A stretch of DNA of 64,000 nt from IMG/VR virus record IMGVR_UViG_3300028025_006304, positions 1 to 64,000 of that record. The stretch is one strand, 5' to 3'. The notes beneath the pieces were generated by a model. The model was not told where the DNA came from, ran no database searches, and was given only the letters and a program-made list of their open reading frames with translations. Source of the DNA: a virus. Made by a program: the position numbers and the translations under genes. This document shows, piece after piece, positions 1-9,993 of the stretch (its first letter is position 1; every line of letters begins with the position of its first letter).

Positions 1-530
1 GTTACGTTTCTATTAACTTTATAAACCTGTTCTTGGGTACCAACTAATAACCATGGGAGGTTAAATGGTTGCCAAAGTGAGAATTGATATTGAGAATCCT
101 TAGCTATTAATTTATCATAAGTGTCTTTATCAATCTCTAAATATAATATCTCATTTCCCTTTTTACAAAAGTACCTTCTAAATTCTCCGATTTGATAATC
201 TTGTAAGGTTGGTTCTGGAGCATTGTAAGCTGGAGAAATTAAAACAGATGGTGGTGGAGAAATTAAATTATTATAAGTTAAATTATTGTTCAGATCAGTA
301 TTGATTATTACTGAGTAATCTGATTTAGTTGTATCTATAGTTGTTTCAGCTGTAGCTAGGTTTTGGGTGAGTTCAAAGTTAGGTCTATCATCAGCATTTT
401 TACCTGTGTAGTATTGACCTGTGGATGTTTTAAAGTAGTACCCTTGATAAGGTTGTTTATTTGAAATATAAACGAACTCATCACCATTAGTGTATAAATT
501 AGTTTTTATTTGGGATTTAGGATAATACAT
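1..530 (-). CDS. Partial baseplate-region protein (runs off the window start)
   Basis: Manual translation from ATG at 530 (MYYPKSQIKTNLYTNGDEFVY...) is open to base 1; lies directly downstream of the hub gene; not in the ORF track. Confidence 0.7.
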   Translation of the reverse strand, partial: MYYPKSQIKTNLYTNGDEFVYISNKQPYQGYYFKTSTGQYYTGKNADDRPNFELTQNLATAETTIDTTKSDYSVIINTDLNNNLTYNNLISPPPSVLISPAYNAPEPTLQDYQIGEFRRYFCKKGNEILYLEIDKDTYDKLIAKDSQYQFSLWQPFNLPWLLVGTQEQVYKVNRNV

Positions 531-532
531 AA

Positions 533-3505
533 TTAAGCTGTACGTTCACGTTCAGTTAAGAATTTTTGAGCATATGATATACGTTTATTAAGACTTTGAG
601 CTATTTCAGCAGCATTTGGTCTTTCAAATCCATTAACAAATGAAGTAGTAGCGTCTGCTACTGTATTTTGAGATATTAAATTTCTATAAGCGCCTCTTTC
701 AGTACTTTGAAGTTCATTCCAAGTAAATTCTAATTGAGTCTCTAAACTTATATTTCCTACAGATTCACCTCTACTAGAAGCAAATGCAAATAGGTTTTGT
801 TTTCTTGAACCTAACCATTGTGCTAAACCATAGGCACCAATTGAATTAACAATATTAAGTTGAAGACCAGACTCAGCAAAGAAGTTACCTGCTATACCAG
901 CTGCTTGTTCTGCGGTTAATCCTTTACCAATAAAGAAGTTTATAATTTGAACTCCTCTTCTATTTTGTTCAGCTGTTGTGATAGCTTCTCTTCCTGTTAC
1001 TTGACTAGGACCTGTACTTGTTCCTGAAAATCTTCTAGATTTAGGTTTGGGTGTATCACCGGGTTGAGATACATCGGTAGGAATCATTATTGTTTCTAAT
1101 TCTGTAGTCCATATGTTATTTTCAACTTTATGGGCTAATTTAGAAATAACAAATAACATAGTTTCTGGGTAGTTGGAAGGTAGATATGAGGTGTCTACTT
1201 TAATACCGTTTAATAATTTAAGACCAGATAAACCATCTAAAGTAAGCCCCACACTAACTGGAATAAAGCCCATTGTGCCAGAACTTTTTTTAGCTTTAAC
1301 CGCTGTTCTGGTTTCAATATATAGCATTATATTAGGTAATAATGTTTTATAGGCTAAAGTTTCTGGATCATTTATGGTAGGGGGTTTAGGATTGTTTTTT
1401 GGGTAACCTATACTTCCTAAATATTTTTCAAAATTAGTTAAGGATTCTTTAAATTGATCTTCAGGACTAGTATTTTCAATGTTTATAGTACTATTTGTAT
1501 TATAACCCGTAGATGCAAATATTTCAGGTTTAATTCTATCTTTTAATCCTCTATTTAAAGTAGTAAATGCTGTAGCATCTTCACCTATTATACCACCTTG
1601 GGGTGTGGCTCCAATAGAAATAATCGTAGCAAAGCTTGGATCTAATTTAGAGGCAAATCTAAAATCTCTAACGAAACCTGCTTCACCTAAAGTTAAAGGA
1701 TTATTATAACCATATATTTGAAATGTAGGATCTTTAGTTGTACTTCGACCTCCTAAAGATTCTATAATACTATTTCTATTAGGGAGAGTTGTTTCATCTA
1801 TAATTTTAAGGGTATTAGTAGTAGTATCTATAAAGGGTCTAAGAGTGTTTATACCACCTAAAGATACTGAGATTTTATTACATAAGGTTTCTATTAAAGT
1901 ATAAACACTGGTTGAATTTTTAGAATCTCCGTTAGAATTAATAATGTTAATTAAACACTCAAAATTTACATAAATATTCATTAATTGACCTACTTGGATG
2001 CCTGAGATAGTTGTCTTAAATGGACTTCCTTGGTTTGCAAATTTATATGTAATCGGAGAATTGGGGATTTGAGTAGTCTCAATAGGAGTAAATTCAGTAT
2101 TAATTAAGCATATATCAGGATCAACACTAACTTGATATGGATTAGTATACATTAAATTACTTTTTGTAGCATAATCTATTTTAAAGCTAGAATATAAAGA
2201 GTCACCTTGTTTTTCTTTAGGTATAAGATTAGCTTGAATAAACGCTAGCAATGATCCTAATCTAATATAGTATTTTTTATTTAAATTTGTTCCATTATCG
2301 GATTTTTTATTATCAGGATTGGGGCCTATATATACTTGAGTTATATAAGGGATAGCATCTTTAGAATCTGGTTGGAAGTATTCTTGGGATAAAGTTTTAT
2401 CATCAGTATAAACATTAGAGTTTCCACTACTGAATAAATTTCTAACATTATAATATAATCGAGCTATAGTATAAGCATCTTTAGTTGCATCTACTGATGG
2501 TTTGTCTTCAACTGTAGGGGGAATTGTGGTATTAGTAACATTTCGAGTGGCTAAATCTTTTAGTACATCTTCTAGTTCAGTAGTAGTAATACCTGCTACT
2601 ATAGTTGCGTCTTGAGGGTTAGCTTCATTAAGTTTAGCTGAAGCTAATGCTTGTAAGGTAATTAATGTAGATTCAGGGATTTCAAAAGTAGAAATGCTAT
2701 TATCCTGACTTATAAGGGTCATACTTTTGATACTTTCAATAATATCACCTTTACTTAGAAGTTTTACAGTAATATTATACCCCCCATCTTGATCAAAAGT
2801 CCAATTAAAATTAGTTACAATACCATATATAGCATCATAATTACCATTTGATTTTAATCTGTAATTTTGGATTTTAGTATAAATGTTATCTGGGTTGATA
2901 TTACCTATTAGAAATTCTGATTCTAAAGAGTAAGGATTTTCGGTAATGTAATCACCTTTATTGTCAAAATAACTTGTGTTACCCCATTCAACTAAAACAC
3001 TATATCCTAATCTTAAATAAAGTAAGTCAATTATTTCAAATTGAAGGCGATTCCAAGCTTTAATATTAAGTGTAGTTTCTTCAACTGAGCCATAAATGCC
3101 TTTACTAGTGGTTTGCATTGAAATAATTCCAGGCATAGGTCTTATACCATATTCTAAACCTCCTAAACCATAAGCCAGATTGTTTACATATTGATCGGCT
3201 CCAGTTAAAAGTTGTTGAGGTATACCTGCTCTTAAGGAACCACCTTCTTTAGAAGTACCATTAAATAGTATAAAATTTTTAGCTAATTCAGGACCACCAT
3301 AATTGGATAAAACAGTAGTTAATTCAGGTCTACCAGAGGTGTTAAAACTCTCAATATTAACTGAAGAAATGGCTTTTACAAAGGATGTACGGCTATTTAA
3401 ATAAAGAGTTTCTTCAGTAGTTCTATTTATAGAACCATATATTTTTTGTCGGGTTCCAACTTGTTTTCCTATTGCTTCAGGTAAGCCTTCTCCTACTATA
3501 TTCAT
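533..3505 (-). CDS. Baseplate hub-like protein with C-terminal phage tail lysozyme domain
   Basis: 990 aa; C-terminal GLTAEQAAGIAGNFFAES...GAYGLAQW...FERP matches the phage tail lysozyme pattern; follows the LysM gene and tape measure. Confidence 0.75.
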   Translation of the reverse strand: MNIVGEGLPEAIGKQVGTRQKIYGSINRTTEETLYLNSRTSFVKAISSVNIESFNTSGRPELTTVLSNYGGPELAKNFILFNGTSKEGGSLRAGIPQQLLTGADQYVNNLAYGLGGLEYGIRPMPGIISMQTTSKGIYGSVEETTLNIKAWNRLQFEIIDLLYLRLGYSVLVEWGNTSYFDNKGDYITENPYSLESEFLIGNINPDNIYTKIQNYRLKSNGNYDAIYGIVTNFNWTFDQDGGYNITVKLLSKGDIIESIKSMTLISQDNSISTFEIPESTLITLQALASAKLNEANPQDATIVAGITTTELEDVLKDLATRNVTNTTIPPTVEDKPSVDATKDAYTIARLYYNVRNLFSSGNSNVYTDDKTLSQEYFQPDSKDAIPYITQVYIGPNPDNKKSDNGTNLNKKYYIRLGSLLAFIQANLIPKEKQGDSLYSSFKIDYATKSNLMYTNPYQVSVDPDICLINTEFTPIETTQIPNSPITYKFANQGSPFKTTISGIQVGQLMNIYVNFECLINIINSNGDSKNSTSVYTLIETLCNKISVSLGGINTLRPFIDTTTNTLKIIDETTLPNRNSIIESLGGRSTTKDPTFQIYGYNNPLTLGEAGFVRDFRFASKLDPSFATIISIGATPQGGIIGEDATAFTTLNRGLKDRIKPEIFASTGYNTNSTINIENTSPEDQFKESLTNFEKYLGSIGYPKNNPKPPTINDPETLAYKTLLPNIMLYIETRTAVKAKKSSGTMGFIPVSVGLTLDGLSGLKLLNGIKVDTSYLPSNYPETMLFVISKLAHKVENNIWTTELETIMIPTDVSQPGDTPKPKSRRFSGTSTGPSQVTGREAITTAEQNRRGVQIINFFIGKGLTAEQAAGIAGNFFAESGLQLNIVNSIGAYGLAQWLGSRKQNLFAFASSRGESVGNISLETQLEFTWNELQSTERGAYRNLISQNTVADATTSFVNGFERPNAAEIAQSLNKRISYAQKFLTERERTA

Positions 3506-3810
3506 AACGTTAATTGATTAATTAACTTAAATTCATTTACAATTTGAGCAAAATTATTAGGTATTCTAATTTGAACACCTTCTGGGATTACTAATGAATT
3601 AAGTCCGATGTTGGGGTTGGCTATAGAGATAACCCACCATAAAGATGAATCACCGTAATAATTTAAAGCTAAAACATCATATCTATCTCCTTGGGTTGTA
3701 TAAACATAGATATCATTTTCAGACAAAGGTACTTCAGGATAACGTGAGGTAGCATAAGCTTGTTTTCCTGAGGTTTCTTTTAGTACTGGGATGCCTTGGT
3801 ATCTATTCAT
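3502..3810 (-). CDS. LysM-like baseplate protein (gp53/tail X-like)
   Basis: YTTQGDRYDVLALNYYGDSSLWWVISIANP...GVQIRIP. Confidence 0.8.
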   Translation of the reverse strand: MNRYQGIPVLKETSGKQAYATSRYPEVPLSENDIYVYTTQGDRYDVLALNYYGDSSLWWVISIANPNIGLNSLVIPEGVQIRIPNNFAQIVNEFKLINQLTL

Positions 3811-3816
3811 AAAAGA

Positions 3817-5679
3817 TTAAAATGCGTTCTGAGTTATAGATAGAGCTTGATTAATTAAATTTTGATCTTCTAATGAAGGGTCATAATTAGAGTTACCACT
3901 AGTGTTATTTAAAGATATATAACGTTGTGGACCATAAACATTGTTATCGATTAAAGTAGCCTCTGAGTTTACAAGTCTTGTTACTCCTTGAGCATCAATA
4001 TAGCCTAAACCTTGTTTACTTGGTACAAATGTATGAATTGGAATAAATGTAAACCCGGTTACTCTAACCATTTGAGATAATTGCTTAACTGTAGGATCAG
4101 ATTTACCGGTTTCATTTATAGCAATTTCCCAAGGAGCATCTGTGATTAAATCATAAGCTAGATCCTGAATAAATCCTGGTTGTTCATATAAATAGCCTCC
4201 TACTGTTAACTTAACTAAAGGACCTCTCATATAGCCATTAGGGCTATAATCTGGGGTAAGTTGAGAGGCTAGGTAGTTAAGCTTTTTATACATTGGAATT
4301 AGTTCCTGCTTTGATTGAGCAGCAACAGTGAAAGATAATGAAACGGTTCTAGTAAAACTATCGTAAGTGTAAAAGTTTTCACCTCTTCCTAAATACTTTG
4401 TAGCATTCCAATTAGCATTATATGAATCACTAAATGAATCCAATAATGCTCTAAAATGCATAAATGTACTGAATGCTGGATTATTGTTATCTATAGGGGC
4501 AATTACAAACTTTACAAAATCATTTGTAAGTTCGGTATCATCCATTGTTTCACTTCTATAGATAGGCAAAGCATTTATTTTATCTACAGCTCCTACTTCT
4601 TTATCATTAGATAAATTAATTACTCCTCTAGAGTAATTAGCATATGATTTACCTGATCTTTGACCTGGATCAGTAAAGTTAAAGTTTTTCTCATAGTTTT
4701 TGGCATCCGGACCTGAATATTCAGGGGTATTTGGAGTGGCTCCACTATTAGTTGCTTGTTTGTAATTTGAGGTATTAACACCTAAATTAGCTCTTAAAAT
4801 TTTTCTAAAATCCTGTAATTTGGGTTGTTGGATTTGGTTTTTGTTAGTTATAGGGACTTTAGGGTCAGCTATAGCTGTATTAGTTGAAACAGACTTAATT
4901 AAGTTAGCACTAAATGTCCAATCATTTTGACCTATTGACCTTATATTAGAGGTAAAATTGAATGACCCAGGGAATAAAGTTAAAGGAGTTTGAGAATCTT
5001 TACCAAATCTAATTGTAGTTTGACCTATTCCTCTAAATGAGCCTGGGCCTCCATTGTAACGCATTACATATGCGCTATTATTAGGACCCTGAGCGTTATT
5101 ACCTACTAATCTACCATTCATTAACTGCCATAGACGATTATCTTCAGCTTCTTGTTCGTTAGTAACTACAACTCCATATAAATTTCTATTACCATTAGCG
5201 TAAGCTCCAGTTTCAGCAAATGGGTTTATACCTTGTTTATTTAAATGAGTACCTTGAGATACAACCCCAGCTTGAGCTAATGTATTTAATGGACTATAAA
5301 GTTGACCATTTAAACCAAATACTGGACTAACTTGGGTTCTAACAGCAGTTGCTGATAGTTGTTGTTGTTTTAAGGTAAAAAATAAACCATTAGTAGACTT
5401 AGTGTCAGTAAACATTTGAGTTAGTCTACTAACATCTTGAGCTGAGGTTTCAAGATTAGTAAGTAAACCACCTCTTAAAATATAATCTGATGGATTAGCT
5501 GTTAAAGCATCAGGGATTGGAGATTTAATATAGGGTTGGTTACTTGAACCACCTCCTTTAGTATCATCACCATATGGAATACTTTTCTGACCAAAAGATC
5601 CGGCGTTAGAGACATGGCCTCTACCACCAGCATAAAACCTAAAGTTTTGCGGGTCAGTAAGTATCTGTAATAATGGCAT
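3817..5679 (-). CDS. Baseplate/tail-tube initiator-like protein
   Basis: 620 aa; C-terminal half has YLGRGENFYTY...RTVSLSF and GPLVKLTVG...PGFI motifs typical of tube initiators; sits between tape measure and LysM genes. Confidence 0.55.
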   Translation of the reverse strand: MPLLQILTDPQNFRFYAGGRGHVSNAGSFGQKSIPYGDDTKGGGSSNQPYIKSPIPDALTANPSDYILRGGLLTNLETSAQDVSRLTQMFTDTKSTNGLFFTLKQQQLSATAVRTQVSPVFGLNGQLYSPLNTLAQAGVVSQGTHLNKQGINPFAETGAYANGNRNLYGVVVTNEQEAEDNRLWQLMNGRLVGNNAQGPNNSAYVMRYNGGPGSFRGIGQTTIRFGKDSQTPLTLFPGSFNFTSNIRSIGQNDWTFSANLIKSVSTNTAIADPKVPITNKNQIQQPKLQDFRKILRANLGVNTSNYKQATNSGATPNTPEYSGPDAKNYEKNFNFTDPGQRSGKSYANYSRGVINLSNDKEVGAVDKINALPIYRSETMDDTELTNDFVKFVIAPIDNNNPAFSTFMHFRALLDSFSDSYNANWNATKYLGRGENFYTYDSFTRTVSLSFTVAAQSKQELIPMYKKLNYLASQLTPDYSPNGYMRGPLVKLTVGGYLYEQPGFIQDLAYDLITDAPWEIAINETGKSDPTVKQLSQMVRVTGFTFIPIHTFVPSKQGLGYIDAQGVTRLVNSEATLIDNNVYGPQRYISLNNTSGNSNYDPSLEDQNLINQALSITQNAF

Positions 5680-5963
5680 TACCCAGGAGGATTATCTAAA
5701 TACTTAGATGGAGTTTTTCCGTTAAGATCTAACTGTGATGGTTGTGGTAAAGCATTATTGTACCCATCATTATATGCTGTAAAATTATTACTTACAGTGT
5801 TTGCAAAATTACCATTTACTGAGTATCCAGCATCGTTTCCGAAAGCATGTAGTTTGGATTGCTTAGTAGCTAATGGATTGATTTGAGGTGTAGTTCCATG
5901 ATAAGCGGTAAGTAAAGTACCACCTACAGCATTTGGATCTAGCAATTTGTCTAATAGTCCCAT
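5679..5963 (-). CDS. Hypothetical tail-region protein
   Basis: 94-aa ORF with its own upstream motif; stop codon overlaps the next start. Confidence 0.6.
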   Translation of the reverse strand: MGLLDKLLDPNAVGGTLLTAYHGTTPQINPLATKQSKLHAFGNDAGYSVNGNFANTVSNNFTAYNDGYNNALPQPSQLDLNGKTPSKYLDNPPG

Positions 5964-5985
5964 TTTAATTAATTTAAGGTTTTAT

Positions 5986-5994
5986 TATAAATAT
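5986..5994 (-). promoter_or_regulatory. ATATTTATA late-promoter-like motif
   Basis: Exact motif 22 nt upstream of the start at 5963. Confidence 0.6.
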
Positions 5995-5998
5995 GTTA

Positions 5999-8341
5999 TT
6001 ATCTAGGCATGTATAAACTATTCATACTGCGACCTAAATTTTCACCATCTACATTTATAGTACTTTGTATAATAATAGGTTGATTTTGAGGATTAGCAGA
6101 ATTATTATTAGACATAGCTTCATTTCCATATCCTTTAATTCCTACTCTAGATGCTTCTAGACGAGCCTCTTCTAGTTGTCCTTCTTTATATCGGTCAACC
6201 ATACTAACTCCTAAAGCACTACTTAAACCTCCATAAAGACCTCCAATAATAGCTCCAGGTATGGCCCCAATTCCAGCGCCAAAAGCTCCAATTCCAGCAC
6301 CTACACCTGCACCTGCTAATATAGAACCCCCAATACCGACACCATAATCACCAGCAGTAACTTGATCAGAGGCAGATTCGGCAGCACTGAAATTTACATC
6401 TACTCCTTCTTTTTGTTTGGCTTCTAATTCTCTTTGTATTCTTCTAGCTTCACCTTGTTCTCTATAAGGAGCTATAAGTGAACTATCCATTAATGCTTCT
6501 AAAGCATCAGCTAAACTTTGTAAAACTCCCCCTTCAACTAAATCACTAAATATCTCTTTAGCTCTCTCTAATTGTATATTAAATCTTTCTTGGGCATCTA
6601 AAGCTTTATTAGATTGTTCAATTTGAGCATCATTAAGTTCACCTCGTAAGATGGCTTGGGCTTGACTTTCAAGGCCAGCTTCTTTTAATCTTTCATATTG
6701 TTTACCAGCTTCAGTACCTTGTAGTTTTTGTATTCTATAAGCATCTGCTAATTCATCTTTAGTTAATCCAGTTACTTCAGTTATAGCTTGAGCAGTGATA
6801 AAATTCATATCTTGAATTTCTTCAATCCCTTTAAAGTTTTTAAGAACTTCTTCAGTAGATCCAACAAAATCATTATTTAGAGCTAATAATCTAGCCCTGT
6901 CAAGATTAATTTGTTTACCTGTAAGTAATTCAGCTGTTATTTCAGCTTCAATTGATTGTTCAAAATTAAGCAAGTTTGCAGCTATCCCTTCAGTTTTACT
7001 TAATGCAACTCCTAATTGATTAGCTTTAGCTACAGCCTCAAATAATGCTTTACTACTACCTTTAAAAGTAGATAACATAAAACCACTTACTTTAGAAGCT
7101 TGTTGAAGAAGGTCACGTTGTCTAATTTGAAGACCAGTTTGTTTAAAAAATTCAGCACTAACTGTTTTAGCATTATCTATAGATTGACGTGATGATTCAC
7201 CATTACTAATAAAAATTTCATTTAATTTAGTAGCTTCATCAGTTGAAAGTTTATATTCTTTAGTTAATTGGATTTGGGCATCTATAGCGTCTAATGAGTA
7301 TAAATTAGCTACAGCACTCATTTCAGAGAGTTGAAGTTGAGCATCAACCAAATCTCCTGTTAACTTATACTGGGTTTCAAGAAGGTTTTTATTTTCAATA
7401 AAATAATTTCTTAACTGATTAGCTTCTTCATTACTTAATTGGAGATTTCTTTGTAAAGAAACAGCTTGTTTATCAGCTGCAAACATAGCATCTTTAAAAA
7501 AGTCAAATGCTTTTTTTACAGCTTCAACTGCTATTAGTAGTAAACCAATAGGTCCTAAAGCTGCTTTTAAAGAAGCACCAAATGCTTTAGCTCCTGTACT
7601 TAAAGTAGCAAAGGTACTAGCACCACCTGCTTTAGTAGCTTTCATAGCTTTAGTTACAGAGCCAAAATCTATTAATTTTCCTATACTAGTTTTTTGCAAT
7701 CCTGAAAATATAGTACCTGTTAAAGCTTCTACTTCTTGGGCTTGATCAGCCATTTCTTGGAAATTCTTAGCTATATCACCAGTAGTAGTTTTTGTATCAG
7801 TTAAATAATCATTAATAGTTTGTAAAGCTAATAATTTAGATTCTAAATTATCTTTATCTTCTCCATTAGCTGTTACTATTTCTTGAGTAACTACTTTAAT
7901 TTCACTACTTATATCACGAAGTCTTTGATCAATGGTAAATTGTAAATTTTTAGATTCAGCAACAGCTTTAGCAGCTTGATTATAATCTAATTCACCTGTT
8001 ATAAGATCTTCTTGATATCTAACTAATTTATCTAATAATTTATTTTCTTCTTTATAAATACTAACTAATTTTTGAGATAAATCTTTATTCTCTTTAATAT
8101 AAGGTAGTTGATTTTTTAAAGCTTCTCCAAATCCTTTAGCTTGAGACTTTATTTCAGAATAAAGATTTAGTTGTTTATTTAAGTCATTAGTTATTTGATC
8201 AAGAGATCTACCATATTCTTCTATAGAAGCAACTAATTCTTTAAAAGCTTTGTTAGTAATATCCCTCGCTATTTTTCCAGCGTTAGTAAGTCTGTCTTTT
8301 AAAGCTTTCTCTGCCCTAGATAAATCATCTTCTATAGCCAT
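5999..8341 (-). CDS. Tape measure protein
   Basis: 780 aa, Ala/Leu/Glu/Lys-rich helical, with Gly/Ala-rich hydrophobic segments; downstream of tube and chaperone genes. Confidence 0.8.
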   Translation of the reverse strand: MAIEDDLSRAEKALKDRLTNAGKIARDITNKAFKELVASIEEYGRSLDQITNDLNKQLNLYSEIKSQAKGFGEALKNQLPYIKENKDLSQKLVSIYKEENKLLDKLVRYQEDLITGELDYNQAAKAVAESKNLQFTIDQRLRDISSEIKVVTQEIVTANGEDKDNLESKLLALQTINDYLTDTKTTTGDIAKNFQEMADQAQEVEALTGTIFSGLQKTSIGKLIDFGSVTKAMKATKAGGASTFATLSTGAKAFGASLKAALGPIGLLLIAVEAVKKAFDFFKDAMFAADKQAVSLQRNLQLSNEEANQLRNYFIENKNLLETQYKLTGDLVDAQLQLSEMSAVANLYSLDAIDAQIQLTKEYKLSTDEATKLNEIFISNGESSRQSIDNAKTVSAEFFKQTGLQIRQRDLLQQASKVSGFMLSTFKGSSKALFEAVAKANQLGVALSKTEGIAANLLNFEQSIEAEITAELLTGKQINLDRARLLALNNDFVGSTEEVLKNFKGIEEIQDMNFITAQAITEVTGLTKDELADAYRIQKLQGTEAGKQYERLKEAGLESQAQAILRGELNDAQIEQSNKALDAQERFNIQLERAKEIFSDLVEGGVLQSLADALEALMDSSLIAPYREQGEARRIQRELEAKQKEGVDVNFSAAESASDQVTAGDYGVGIGGSILAGAGVGAGIGAFGAGIGAIPGAIIGGLYGGLSSALGVSMVDRYKEGQLEEARLEASRVGIKGYGNEAMSNNNSANPQNQPIIIQSTINVDGENLGRSMNSLYMPR

Positions 8342-8354
8342 AAGGATATTTTGT

Positions 8355-8363
8355 TATAAATAT
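8355..8363 (-). promoter_or_regulatory. ATATTTATA late-promoter-like motif
   Basis: Upstream of the tape measure gene. Confidence 0.6.
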
Positions 8364-8372
8364 CAGAAGGCA

Positions 8373-8696
8373 TCACTTTTTGGATGCCTTCGTAACATAA
8401 GTTGGTGGTTTTACTTTTTTATTTTTAGCTGCGTTTTCTTTAGCTTCACCTGATAGCCAACTATTTTCATTTTTATTAGAATTGGATTTATTATACCATT
8501 CAGTTATTTTAGTATAAGTAAATTTTCTTAACCAAATAGGCATGTTGTAAATAGTTTCATAGTCATACCCACCTTGCCCATGAAATACTATTTCATGAAT
8601 TTGGCTAAATAAAGCCATACGAACTTGAGGGATTATCTCAGATGTCAGGCCAAAAAAAGTTAAGATTAATTGGGATAGCGACCTCCTCACCGCCAT
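8373..8696 (-). CDS. Tail assembly chaperone second frame (probable frameshift extension)
   Basis: Overlaps the 3' end of the upstream gene across a T7 run; listed ATG lies inside the upstream CDS. Confidence 0.6.
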   Translation of the reverse strand: MAVRRSLSQLILTFFGLTSEIIPQVRMALFSQIHEIVFHGQGGYDYETIYNMPIWLRKFTYTKITEWYNKSNSNKNENSWLSGEAKENAAKNKKVKPPTYVTKASKK

Positions 8697-9360
8697 CTGT
8701 AGTAAAACTTAAGTTAATATCAGGAGCTACTTCTTTAATATAAAGTCTTAATGCTCTAGAGTCAGTCGCTAATAAATTAAATTCTACAAATTCTTTAATA
8801 ATATTTCTGTCTTGTGAACCATCAACTGAAGTTAATTGATATTTTAAACGAGTAGTAATTTCTGAAGAAGATTCTTTGTTAAGTTTCTTAAAACCCTGAA
8901 TTTCTTGATCAATTAATTCTTCATCTTTAGCTGTTAAGAGCTTAAATTCTACTTCGGTTTTAGAAACTGGGAGGTTAAATTTAAATGTGCCTCTTGAAGT
9001 GAGTAAAGAAGTATCAAATGGTTTATTATCAAGTGTTGTAAGATCTACAGTATATTCTTTACCATCATAAGTAAATGTATAATCTTTACCATAACCTAAA
9101 ATACGTGATGATATAATTAAAGCATTTTTATCCCCAGTAATCATATCCTTAAGAGAAAACTTATTCATAGTTAAAGCCTCTAAAAGCTTATCTAGAACAA
9201 TACCTTTTTGGATATAGTTTTGGTTGGTAAGGATATCTTCTTCCTTAGCGGTCATATACTTCATCTCAACCTTACCATTACGTAGGGGATGATCAACAGG
9301 ATAAATAAGACCTTGAGAAGGTAGATCTATAATTTCTGTTGGGAATTTTGTTTCGTTCAT
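8638..9360 (-). CDS. Tail assembly chaperone / T4 gp26-like baseplate assembly protein
   Basis: LPSQGLIYP...MKYMTAKEEDILT motif; lies between tube and tape measure genes. Confidence 0.7.
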   Translation of the reverse strand: MNETKFPTEIIDLPSQGLIYPVDHPLRNGKVEMKYMTAKEEDILTNQNYIQKGIVLDKLLEALTMNKFSLKDMITGDKNALIISSRILGYGKDYTFTYDGKEYTVDLTTLDNKPFDTSLLTSRGTFKFNLPVSKTEVEFKLLTAKDEELIDQEIQGFKKLNKESSSEITTRLKYQLTSVDGSQDRNIIKEFVEFNLLATDSRALRLYIKEVAPDINLSFTTDGGEEVAIPINLNFFWPDI

Positions 9361-9405
9361 AAATTATTTATTTGTAACTAGTTTTATTTATTATACATAT
9401 AATAT

Positions 9406-9433
9406 AAAAAAGAGCTTGGACAAAGCCAAGCTC
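9406..9433 (-). terminator. Intrinsic terminator after the tail tube gene
   Basis: GAGCTTGG-6nt-CCAAGCTC stem followed by TTTTTT on the minus strand. Confidence 0.75.
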
Positions 9434-9458
9434 AAATTTAATTTTATGTAAATTTCTA

Positions 9459-9947
9459 TTAGAAGTTCAATACACAGTAATCTGGTTGAACTGTCATTGT
9501 AATGTTAATAGCTTGGTCTGGAGAGTCCCATGAGTAGTCACCAAATTCAGCAGAAGTAATAAATGCTCCTTTAATTATCCATTCTGATACGATATCACCT
9601 ACTGGACCTAGTACATCGAAAGTTAAGTCTTTCTTGTAGAAGTCAGAGTAACCATCTCTACCTGTTACGGATTCGTGGTGTAAACGTACCCACTCCATTA
9701 CCGCCTGAGCACCCGAAGGTGTAATAGGATCGAATAATGTGAACTGGATTGGGTTCCAAACTGTTTTGCCTTTCACAAAACGTTGAACGTTAATGTGGTT
9801 TAAAGGTACAGTTCCTTGTGTTAAAGTTACAGCACCGATTGCCTTAATTGTATAAGATGGAATACCATCAATATACATGATGAAGCGGTTTGCTTGTTTT
9901 GGTTCAAACGCTGTGAAAAATATTTCGTTTGGATCTAATACTGCCAT
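9459..9947 (-). CDS. Tail tube protein (gp19-like)
   Basis: FEPKQANRF...YKKDLTFDVLGPVGDIVSEWIIKGAF; immediately follows the sheath gene. Confidence 0.9.
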   Translation of the reverse strand: MAVLDPNEIFFTAFEPKQANRFIMYIDGIPSYTIKAIGAVTLTQGTVPLNHINVQRFVKGKTVWNPIQFTLFDPITPSGAQAVMEWVRLHHESVTGRDGYSDFYKKDLTFDVLGPVGDIVSEWIIKGAFITSAEFGDYSWDSPDQAINITMTVQPDYCVLNF

Positions 9948-9969
9948 TTTGCTATATTATTTATTTTAT

Positions 9970-9978
9970 TATAAATAT
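9970..9978 (-). promoter_or_regulatory. ATATTTATA late-promoter-like motif
   Basis: Upstream of the tail tube gene. Confidence 0.65.
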
Positions 9979-9993
9979 TACTAATTACAACTC

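Noticed and set aside
8366-8391. GAAGGCATC/GATGCCTTC hairpin as a terminator
   Set aside because: Good stem but no following U-tract; could be an RNA stability or processing element
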